Of a stretch of 38,847 nt of DNA, positions 1 through 7,128 are shown one piece after another. A program made the translations under genes and the position numbers. The notes under the pieces were generated by a model. The model did no database searches. It saw only the letters and a program-made list of their open reading frames with translations, and was not told the DNA's origin. This stretch comes from Kiritimatiellota bacterium. Lineage in GTDB: Bacteria; Verrucomicrobiota; Lentisphaeria; Victivallales; JAADHT01. The first letter of the stretch is position 1; each line of letters opens with the position of its first letter. The stretch is from positions 1 to 38,847 of the forward strand of contig JAUUYH010000001.1 in the NCBI GenBank assembly GCA_030590505.1, written 5' to 3'.

Positions 1-348
1 AGAAATGCTGTTTTTGAAGCATTCTTTGAAGCTGCTGAAATATCTGCTCTTTCAGATATCGATCGTGAAACTTACAACACAAGCCTGAAATGCTATAGGG
101 ATATGAATAATGTAGTAGTAACTGCTAAAGAAGAAGGTAGAGAAGAAGGCAGAGAAGAAGGCAGAGAAGAAGGCGAAGCTATTGGAATTGAAAAAGGTGA
201 AGCTATTGGAATTGAGAAAGGCGAGGTTATAGGAATTAAAAAAGCTGTATTATTAATGCATCGTAATGGAATGCCATGTGAGGAGATAGCAAAAGCACTA
301 GACATGCCTCTAAACGAGGTCAAGTCAATTATAAGAGAAGCGATTTAA
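1..348 (+). CDS. Rpn-family (PD-(D/E)XK, YhgA/transposase_31-like) recombination-promoting nuclease, C-terminal part; 5' end lies outside the window
   Basis: Frame 1 is open from base 1 to TAA at 346-348 (RNAVFEAFFEAAEISALSDIDRETYNTSLKCYRDMNNVV...). EEGR and GEAIGIEK repeats followed by a short HTH-like tail (MPCEEIAKALDMPLNEVKSII) match my recollection of C-termini in this family. Confidence 0.55.
   Translation, partial: RNAVFEAFFEAAEISALSDIDRETYNTSLKCYRDMNNVVVTAKEEGREEGREEGREEGEAIGIEKGEAIGIEKGEVIGIKKAVLLMHRNGMPCEEIAKALDMPLNEVKSIIREAI
130..249 (+). repeat. In-frame coding tandem repeats inside the Rpn-like gene: 4 x 12 bp (GAAGAAGGYAGA, EEGR) then about 3 x 24 bp (GCTATTGGAATTGARAAAGGYGAR, AIGIEKGE)
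   Basis: Units read directly at 130-141, 142-153, 154-165, 166-177, then 178-201, 202-225 and a degenerate third at 226-249. Confidence 0.9.
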
Positions 349-592
349 TCTCATTTTTAACATTAGAAAGACAGCTTCTACAAAGAACATCATCTGAAGT
401 AGCTTGCGTTGTCTCAACACAAATAGCAAAAGCTGAAAGAAAAGAGAAGAAAAAGAGAGCCTGTAAAGCATGATTGATTGCCTTTTATTTCACCTATTAT
501 TTACCTTGCTTATGCGTTGGGACAACGCATGCTACGGAAGAAAATTCGACATTGGCTCCAAGTACACAAGGTCGCTGGTGCCCTAAGAGAAA

Positions 593-656
593 GAAGTTCT
601 GAAGTGCTGAAGTGCTAGAGTGCGGGAGTTCTAAAGTTGAAAAAGTGGAAGAGTAA
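593..656. repeat. Degenerate tandem octamer array (GAAGTKCT-like, about 8 units) in the convergent intergenic region between the Rpn-like gene and cobS
   Basis: gaagttct gaagtgct gaagtgct agagtgcg ggagttct aaagttga aaaagtgg aagagtaa. An RAGT core recurs with 8-bp phase. Confidence 0.5.
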
Positions 657-704
657 TGAATTTATCACTGCTCCAGATACATTTTTTGAGCAAACTACTA
701 TATG

Positions 705-1550
705 TCAATAACCTAAAAGGATAAGCAATCCAAGTGCTGTTGTGCACTCTGCAGTTTCGCAACATGCACCAAGAATATCACCTGTAACTCCGCCAAGTAG
801 TTTATCTGCCTTACGTTTCCAATACAGCAGATTAATAAGTAGCAGAACAGTAACTACACCAGTAGTGAAGAGTGGAATAAACCATAAAAATGGAGCTGTT
901 ATAACCATTCCGACAATAACAGAACCTGCTGATGTGTTATTGATAACTTCTTTTCCCGTTCCTTCCTTTCGGGGATATTTGCCGATTGCGGCTAGAACGG
1001 TCATTGCGAATCTCGCAAATACTGAGATAGCAAGGAGGGCAGGGACGGCACGAAGTATATAAGATTGAATATTATTACTTTGCGATGCCTGTTGCAGAAT
1101 TAGAAAGATAAGGATTGTTTTTGTTAAAAGTAGAAGCGAAGATACGCAGACAGCAACTGCACCCGGATGCGGATCCTTCATAATCTCAAGGCGGCGTTCC
1201 TTGGACTCAGTCACGGCGGAAAACGCGTCGCATGAATCACAGAAACCATCAAGATGAAATAGTCGCGTCATCCAGGCACTTAGGAGGACAAAAAGTAGTG
1301 CAGATAGCAGATTTACCGCATAGCTCTGCATCATCACAAATCCGGGAAGATATTTACCTGCTGCGATATTCGCAACGGGTAGCAGTATAGCTGGTGCTGT
1401 GGCAACTGCCCCGACGAGATAGCCGCAACCTGCGAAACTCGCAGAAACCCATCTCCATGAAGAGTCCGGCAAACATCCTGTTGTAACAGGTATTCTAGTC
1501 AGCATAGATACTGCAAAGAGAAATGGATTTGTATGTGATTTACTACTCAT
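705..1550 (-). CDS. cobS: Adenosylcobinamide-GDP ribazoletransferase (cobalamin synthase)
   Basis: Polytopic membrane protein with N-terminal LTRIPV motif and HLDGFCDSCD (the family's HLDGxADxxD-type motif). The track start at 1562 is a TTG codon; I prefer the ATG at 1550 (MSSKSH...). Confidence 0.8.
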   Translation of the reverse strand: MSSKSHTNPFLFAVSMLTRIPVTTGCLPDSSWRWVSASFAGCGYLVGAVATAPAILLPVANIAAGKYLPGFVMMQSYAVNLLSALLFVLLSAWMTRLFHLDGFCDSCDAFSAVTESKERRLEIMKDPHPGAVAVCVSSLLLLTKTILIFLILQQASQSNNIQSYILRAVPALLAISVFARFAMTVLAAIGKYPRKEGTGKEVINNTSAGSVIVGMVITAPFLWFIPLFTTGVVTVLLLINLLYWKRKADKLLGGVTGDILGACCETAECTTALGLLILLGY

Positions 1551-1582
1551 TATTAAACACAAGTTCCTTTTTTATTATAGAG

Positions 1583-1668
1583 ATACTTTACGCGGGTGAA
1601 ATCTTAGCATTTCGATTAAGGTTGAATAGCCAATAAAAGAAATACAAGATCTCTACCGCTTGCGGTAT
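1583..1668 (-). repeat. 86-bp dispersed intergenic element, copy A (variant 1), between rph stop and cobS start, co-oriented with both
   Basis: Read on the minus strand: ATACCGCAAGCGGTAGAGATCTTGTATTTCTTTTATTGGCTATTCAACCTTAATCGAAATGCTAAGATTTCACCCGCGTAAAGTAT. About 91 percent identical to copy D by my hand alignment (8 mismatches in 86). Confidence 0.85.
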
Positions 1669-1680
1669 GTCCCGTGTATT

Positions 1681-2379
1681 TTAGACTACTGCCTTTTGAA
1701 TATTCAAGAGTTCCTTGATACCTTTATCCGCCAAGTCAAGAAGTTCATTGAATTCATCTCTTGAAAAAGCCTCTCCTTCAGCAGTCGCTTGTACTTCGAT
1801 AAGTTTTCCGTCCTCTGACATTACTACATTCATATCAACATCTGCTCTAACATCCTCTTTGTAGCACAGATCAAGGACTGGTGTGCCATCAACAAGCCCC
1901 ACGCTTACAGCTGCGATATTCGCAATAACTGGATTTTCCTCAAGCACCCCTTGCTCCATAAGGGATTTGACTGCGAGATTAAGTGCAACCATAGCACCGG
2001 TAATACTTGCGCAACGTGTACCTCCGTCAGCATCGAGTACATCGCAATCAATATGGATAGTTCGAGCTCCGAGCTTTTGCATATCCACAGCACCTCGCAA
2101 GCTTCTTCCTATCAGGCGCTGAATCTCCTGACTTCTTCCGCCTGGCCCAGATTTATTTTCGCGACGGCTCCTTGTTGATGTTGAAGATGGTAGCATCTGA
2201 TATTCTGCCGTTACCCAACCACCTAGAACTTTATTAGCACGCATCCATGGTGGTACCTCTTCAAGCACACTTGCAGCACAGATCACTCTTGTATTTCCAC
2301 ATTCTATCAGCACAGATCCTGCTGGACTCTTCTGAAATCCCTTGATAATGTTTACCGTACGTAATTCGTTTTTACTCAT
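1681..2379 (-). CDS. rph: Ribonuclease PH
   Basis: 232 aa. Typical RNase PH N-terminus (R..N.I.G....AGSVLIECGNTRVICAASV) and GGTRCASITGAMVAL motif. ATG at 2379 preceded by AAGGTAA. Confidence 0.95.
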   Translation of the reverse strand: MSKNELRTVNIIKGFQKSPAGSVLIECGNTRVICAASVLEEVPPWMRANKVLGGWVTAEYQMLPSSTSTRSRRENKSGPGGRSQEIQRLIGRSLRGAVDMQKLGARTIHIDCDVLDADGGTRCASITGAMVALNLAVKSLMEQGVLEENPVIANIAAVSVGLVDGTPVLDLCYKEDVRADVDMNVVMSEDGKLIEVQATAEGEAFSRDEFNELLDLADKGIKELLNIQKAVV

Positions 2380-2437
2380 TTTTGTTACCTTTTTTTATAT
2401 TTATATTAATTCAATAAAACTGCGAACTTCGCTATTT

Positions 2438-2523
2438 ATACCGCAAGCGGTAGATGTCTTGTTTTTCTTTTGCTAGCTAATTAAGTTTAAAGAAAATGTT
2501 AAGATTTCACCCGTTCAAAGTAT
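2438..2523 (+). repeat. 86-bp dispersed intergenic element, copy B (variant 2), between the FeS-protein stop and rph start, in opposite orientation to both genes
   Basis: ATACCGCAAGCGGTAGATGTCTTGTTTTTCTTTTGCTAGCTAATTAAGTTTAAAGAAAATGTTAAGATTTCACCCGTTCAAAGTAT. 5 mismatches in 86 versus copy C. Flanked by TATTT at 2433-2437 and 2521-2525. Confidence 0.85.
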
Positions 2524-2545
2524 TTAAACTGAAAAGCATTTGTGC

Positions 2546-3346
2546 TTATTTTTCTTTTTTGTACAATCCTTTTTTTGGTTTGTTATTGCGCTTAGAGAGA
2601 GCTTTGTATAGATCTTCGCCAGATAGGGCAAATATTGGAGTTTTGTGCGGAGCATCCTCTGCACACCCCTCAAGATCCCCGTTTACAGGAGCTTTGTTGT
2701 ATTTAGGAAAGATAATTGCATGATGTGGACAAATTCTTGCACATGCAGGGCAGTTATCTTTACAATTTAATGGATGTGCTACATCTATCGTTCCATCATC
2801 TTTTTTACCATATACACCAAAAAGGCAAAAATCCATACACGCCCCGCATTTGGTGCAACGCGAATAATCGATAACAGGAAACCACGGTCGTGTTGATTCT
2901 TTACTATTGTGTAACGCATATTCTTTCTCAAAAGAGGCTGACTCTTCAGATAAATCGTCTGATTTTTGCAGTAGGGCGGGAGTGCTTTTATCAACGTCTG
3001 CTCTGTATTGCTGAGGAATCTCCACTTCGGCCTCCTCGCATACCTTGGCAAAGGAGTGCTTCATCATATCGAGATAGCGGAAGGTTTCAAGTCTATGTAA
3101 CTCAATTCCAGTTCGAGCTAAGAGCCACTTTACAGCTCGTGGATGGCAGGCAACGATTGAGACACCACCATCCTTAAGGAATGTAATCAATTTATTATTT
3201 TTTTTTGCAGCAAGCTCACAGATATCATCCAAGACCAGCACCTCTTTTCCAGATGATAGTAAAATCTTCTTAAAAAGCTCTCTTGACTCTTCAGAGATCG
3301 AGTTGTTATATGCACATCGGCAATAGATTATTTTATTATAAACCAT
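2546..3346 (-). CDS. 2x[4Fe-4S] ferredoxin-domain protein with an uncharacterised Cys-containing N-terminal domain
   Basis: CTKCGACMDFC and CKDNCPACARICP cluster motifs in the C-terminal half. ATG at 3346 with AAGGTAG 7 nt upstream. Lies 7 nt downstream of the kinase stop. Confidence 0.7.
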   Translation of the reverse strand: MVYNKIIYCRCAYNNSISEESRELFKKILLSSGKEVLVLDDICELAAKKNNKLITFLKDGGVSIVACHPRAVKWLLARTGIELHRLETFRYLDMMKHSFAKVCEEAEVEIPQQYRADVDKSTPALLQKSDDLSEESASFEKEYALHNSKESTRPWFPVIDYSRCTKCGACMDFCLFGVYGKKDDGTIDVAHPLNCKDNCPACARICPHHAIIFPKYNKAPVNGDLEGCAEDAPHKTPIFALSGEDLYKALSKRNNKPKKGLYKKEK

Positions 3347-3353
3347 ATATCAG

Positions 3354-5687
3354 CTACCTTATACTTTCCATTTTTTTCTTTACTATTTTATTTAGAATTT
3401 TTCTTGCAGAGTGCCATGCTCCATCGTAGAAAATATACCTATTTTTTATATATATTTCAACTTCACGAATACTGTGTATCTCATTTTTTATCTCCAGGAA
3501 TTGCTTTTCCCGTTTAGCTTCAAATTCACTTCGTTTCTCCGCGATCAGCATTTTTATAATATCTTTTTCGGTACTCCAGGTTTCATTGATTTTGCGATAT
3601 CCTGCATCGCTATAATATGTATCAATATCAAAATTACCCTTGACAGTTTTTATAATATTCTCCTCACGGACAAGTTTTTCTTGCTCAAAATCTTCTTTTT
3701 TCTTATTCAGGAGTTCGTTGAAGACTGACAACGCTGGACGCCACTTTTCGCCTGACTTAATATATCCGTTTTGATGGTAGAGCTTCTTTATCATTGAATT
3801 ATATCTTGATGCTTGGTATTTTGATTTTTTCTCAAAAAATAGTTTTTTAACTCTGGATTTCCCTTGTTGAATTAGCTGCCCTGTAAGATTATAATCAAAT
3901 TTTATCTTGATTGCTTCTGGTAGATCCGCAATTAGAAGTTCATTTCCATCAATAATGATTTTATTGCCTTGCATCTCTTCATATATACCTTCAATTTTTT
4001 TCCCTGAAGGTAGAGGAACTAAAACAGTATCTCCAATTTTATAACATTGGTACCTTTTAATAATATTCATATTCAACTTGGCCAGTAATGTTATCGGGAA
4101 TTGTTCATTGCCTTGAAGGGCCGCTGCAGTATGCGCCTCTTTCTCAATCATCTGGATGCTTTTAGAGGGGGGAGTTACTGGCAACTGGATATCTATTATG
4201 TCAGCGATATTACTTTTTACCTTCTCTTCAGGAAATACCATATTTGCTGCATTTAGCTTTTTTTCTATCGCTGCAGTTCTATCTTGTTTCATCTGTTGTT
4301 TTATACTGCCCAGTGTTGGATAATTCTCCTTTAACTGATCAATATTGATTGAGTGCAACCGACACAGTTCTATTTTTTCAAATTTTTCATTAAAAGAGGC
4401 AAGCGACGCTTCAAGTTGTTTAATCTTGAGGGATTTTTTTTCTAAAACTAACTTTTCAATATCCTTCCTAGAAAGTGATGGAGCCTTTATGTCAAGCGGA
4501 ATGTTGAGCTCTGTGGCAACTTTGCGAACTATTGTTCTATAATTACGCTCTCTCTCCAATTTTTGAGCATAGAACCAGCCCCCAACTAGCCCTGCTGACA
4601 GAAGAAGAACAATAATTAACTTTAACATCACTGCAAGAACTTTAATTGAAGTGCTCTTTTTTGATTCAAGTATAAATTCTAAGTGTGGATCTGTAGGGGG
4701 TGCGAGGGAGTACCCTGAAGCATTTTTTGAGAATTCATCAATAATCTCTGCAATTTCTGCAAGAGTATGATAGCGCTCATTTGGATTGCCCTGAATCATT
4801 TTATCAAGAATGTTTACAAGCTCAGAAGAGCACCGTTTCAGGCGGCTCCTTACGTTAGGATTTCTCGGTGATCTGATATGTTTGGTCATGACATCTTTTG
4901 CATCAGCACTAGAGAAATATGTTTCACCTGCAACCATGTGAAAAAGTAGCATTCCTAGGCTGTATATTTCGCTATATTCCCCTTCTGGAGCTGCGACAAT
5001 TCGTTCAGGAGGCAGATAGAAAACAGCGCCCTCTAGATTCCCCTCAGTATTAGGAGTGGCGGCCTGATTCAACGGAAGGCATAACCCAAAATCTAATAAC
5101 TTCACAGTTGCAGTCTCTTCCACAATAATAATATTTTCAGGTTTTATATCTCGATATAGATAGCCACAGTTTTTAATATGAATTTCTGCATCAAGCAATT
5201 GAGTCATAATATCTAAAGCCTGCCTTTCGGAGAGCATTGTTGCGGATGAAATAAAAACATCTAGACGAGTCCCTTCCACAAAACGTGAAACCATATAGTG
5301 CTCATCTCCCTCACATCCATAATCTACAACGTCAATGAGATGAGGCGATTTACCAAGGATTGTTCCAATCTCACCCTCCATTCTCAGTGTTTTGATGAGT
5401 TCAGGATCCTTTTTCCTTTTCCGTGGAAGAATTTTTACGGCAAATTCACCCGCAATGTCTTCAGAGAATGCTTGGTAAACACTCCCCATCCCACCACCAC
5501 CCAACGGACGGTAAAGCCAGTAAGATTTTAGTTTAAATGGGATGAAAATAGGAGTGTCACAGTTTGGACATGCTACAACCTTAAGTGATTGATATGCATT
5601 TAGATGTAATATTTCATCACAATTAGGACAGGCAATAATGCCTTTCTGCAAATCACTTATTTTGCGTTTACTGTCAACCATGAGCAT
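3354..5687 (-). CDS. Membrane Ser/Thr protein kinase: N-terminal Zn-ribbon, Hanks-type kinase domain, one TM helix, about 400-aa Lys/Glu-rich extracytoplasmic region
   Basis: CPNC...CPNC (Cys 20, 23, 40, 43). Gly loop LGGGGMGSVY, FAVKIL, YRDIKPENIII, LDFG, LPPER. Hydrophobic helix at about residues 349-374. Three repeats of about 55 aa at the C-terminus. Confidence 0.85.
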   Translation of the reverse strand: MLMVDSKRKISDLQKGIIACPNCDEILHLNAYQSLKVVACPNCDTPIFIPFKLKSYWLYRPLGGGGMGSVYQAFSEDIAGEFAVKILPRKRKKDPELIKTLRMEGEIGTILGKSPHLIDVVDYGCEGDEHYMVSRFVEGTRLDVFISSATMLSERQALDIMTQLLDAEIHIKNCGYLYRDIKPENIIIVEETATVKLLDFGLCLPLNQAATPNTEGNLEGAVFYLPPERIVAAPEGEYSEIYSLGMLLFHMVAGETYFSSADAKDVMTKHIRSPRNPNVRSRLKRCSSELVNILDKMIQGNPNERYHTLAEIAEIIDEFSKNASGYSLAPPTDPHLEFILESKKSTSIKVLAVMLKLIIVLLLSAGLVGGWFYAQKLERERNYRTIVRKVATELNIPLDIKAPSLSRKDIEKLVLEKKSLKIKQLEASLASFNEKFEKIELCRLHSINIDQLKENYPTLGSIKQQMKQDRTAAIEKKLNAANMVFPEEKVKSNIADIIDIQLPVTPPSKSIQMIEKEAHTAAALQGNEQFPITLLAKLNMNIIKRYQCYKIGDTVLVPLPSGKKIEGIYEEMQGNKIIIDGNELLIADLPEAIKIKFDYNLTGQLIQQGKSRVKKLFFEKKSKYQASRYNSMIKKLYHQNGYIKSGEKWRPALSVFNELLNKKKEDFEQEKLVREENIIKTVKGNFDIDTYYSDAGYRKINETWSTEKDIIKMLIAEKRSEFEAKREKQFLEIKNEIHSIREVEIYIKNRYIFYDGAWHSARKILNKIVKKKMESIR

Positions 5688-5754
5688 TTAATTGATATAT
5701 ACCCATTCGGGTAATAATTTATTTATTTATTCGGTATTTGACATTTAGGACATT

Positions 5755-7128
5755 CTACATCTTAGGCTTAACTGGATATTCTCCAGAGAAACAGGCATGA
5801 CAATAGTCAGCGTTGTCCTTAGAAGCACAAGAGAGCATACCGTCTAACGACAAATACGCGAGACTATCGGCATCAATAATCTTTGCAATTTCATCAATTG
5901 AATGTGAATGAGCAATCAACTCTTCAGCACTTGGGAAATCAATTCCGTAATAGCATGGACTGATGTGCGGAGGACAACTTATTCTCATATGTACCTCAGT
6001 TGCCCCGTTCTCTCTTAGAGTTCTCACTCTTTCTCTACTCGTATTTCCACGAACAATACTGTCTTCAACCAGGCACACCCGCTTCCCTTCTATTGCTTTA
6101 CGTATAGGATTCAATTTTAGATTTACAGCAGTTTTTCTGTCTTCTGGCGATGGTTTGATAAATGTTCTGCCAATATAGTGATTACGCATAATTCCCATTT
6201 CAAAAGGGATTCCTGATGCCTCGGCATAGCCAAGAGCAGCATAAGTCCCGCTATCAGGAACTGGAGCAATAATATCAGCCTCTACTGGATGTTCCAATGC
6301 CAACTGAGCTCCAAATTTTTTACGCAGTGAATAGACGCAATCTTCAAAAACTAAGCTGTCAGGACGGGAGAAATATACATGTTCAAAAATACAGTGTGAA
6401 ATGCGAGAGGCGGTTGCAAACTGCTTGCTCTGCATTGAGCCATCCTCTTTTATTACGATCATCTCTCCAGGCCTAACATCCCGCTCATATTTTGCCCCCA
6501 TCATATCAAATGCTGATGTTTCAGATGCAACAACAACAGCATCACCTAGTCGACCGAGGGCAAGAGGCCTAAATCCATGTGGATCACGAGCGACCATCAA
6601 GCCGTCCTCGCAGAGAGCTACAACCGAAAAGGCACCTTCAACTTTAGTCAATGCATACTCTAATGCTTTCCATGGAGTCTCCCCCTCTTGATGACTTTGA
6701 GCCGCAAGATGAAGAATGATTTCTGTATCGAGATCGCCCTGAAATATTGCACCAGAACGTTTAAGCTGTTTTCTCCAGTATGCACCATTTGATAATGTCC
6801 CGTTATGAGCTAAAGCGAGATGCCATTTGTCAAATTCAACAGCAAAAGGTTGAGCATTAATTAGGGTAGATTTGCCACTGGTGCTGTACCTGACATGACC
6901 TATAGCCATGGTCTGGCCTTCTGTTTTCCACCACTCTTTGGGGAGCTTGTCAAAAACGTCACCGACCAATCCCATACCTTTATTTAGTTCACACTGTCCG
7001 GACCGTTTTAGAAAAATCCCAGCACTCTCTTGTCCACGATGTTGCAAAGCAAAAAGACCTAATCTTGTTAACTCTGCCGCATTATTATTGTTGGCAATAC
7101 CCAAAACACCACATGCTTCTTTTATCAT
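5755..7128 (-). CDS. purF: Amidophosphoribosyltransferase (glutamine PRPP amidotransferase)
   Basis: MIKEA-CGVLGI (Ntn Cys after a short propeptide), PRPP loop VCLVEDSIVRGNTS, and Cys ligands typical of the [4Fe-4S] type (CIFEHVYFSRPDS, ISCPPHISPCYYGID). Confidence 0.95.
   Translation of the reverse strand: MIKEACGVLGIANNNNAAELTRLGLFALQHRGQESAGIFLKRSGQCELNKGMGLVGDVFDKLPKEWWKTEGQTMAIGHVRYSTSGKSTLINAQPFAVEFDKWHLALAHNGTLSNGAYWRKQLKRSGAIFQGDLDTEIILHLAAQSHQEGETPWKALEYALTKVEGAFSVVALCEDGLMVARDPHGFRPLALGRLGDAVVVASETSAFDMMGAKYERDVRPGEMIVIKEDGSMQSKQFATASRISHCIFEHVYFSRPDSLVFEDCVYSLRKKFGAQLALEHPVEADIIAPVPDSGTYAALGYAEASGIPFEMGIMRNHYIGRTFIKPSPEDRKTAVNLKLNPIRKAIEGKRVCLVEDSIVRGNTSRERVRTLRENGATEVHMRISCPPHISPCYYGIDFPSAEELIAHSHSIDEIAKIIDADSLAYLSLDGMLSCASKDNADYCHACFSGEYPVKPKM

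Noticed and set aside
93-323. 76-aa minus-strand ORF rich in SLPSS/PFSIPIAS repeats
   Set aside because: It is the antisense shadow of the EEGR/AIGIEKGE coding repeats of the Rpn-like gene. The repeat structure keeps the opposite strand open.
742-1062. 106-aa plus-strand ORF inside cobS, and similar long antisense ORFs at 12611-13042, 21820-22251, 28757-29113 and 34695-35165
   Set aside because: All lie wholly inside well-supported genes on the other strand. They lack RBSs and have low-complexity or odd composition, so they are treated as shadow ORFs.
1583-2523. rph plus flanking inverted elements as an active composite transposon
   Set aside because: No transposase is present, the terminal inverted repeats of the element are weak beyond ATAC/GTAT, and rph is a core gene. 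It is retained only as a low-confidence structural observation.
2496-2723. 75-aa plus-strand ORF starting inside element copy B and running antisense into the FeS-protein gene
   Set aside because: Only its first 9 codons are conserved, and they belong to the repeat. The rest overlaps a supported gene and there is no SD. It is kept only as part of the mini-ORF hypothesis and not called as a gene.
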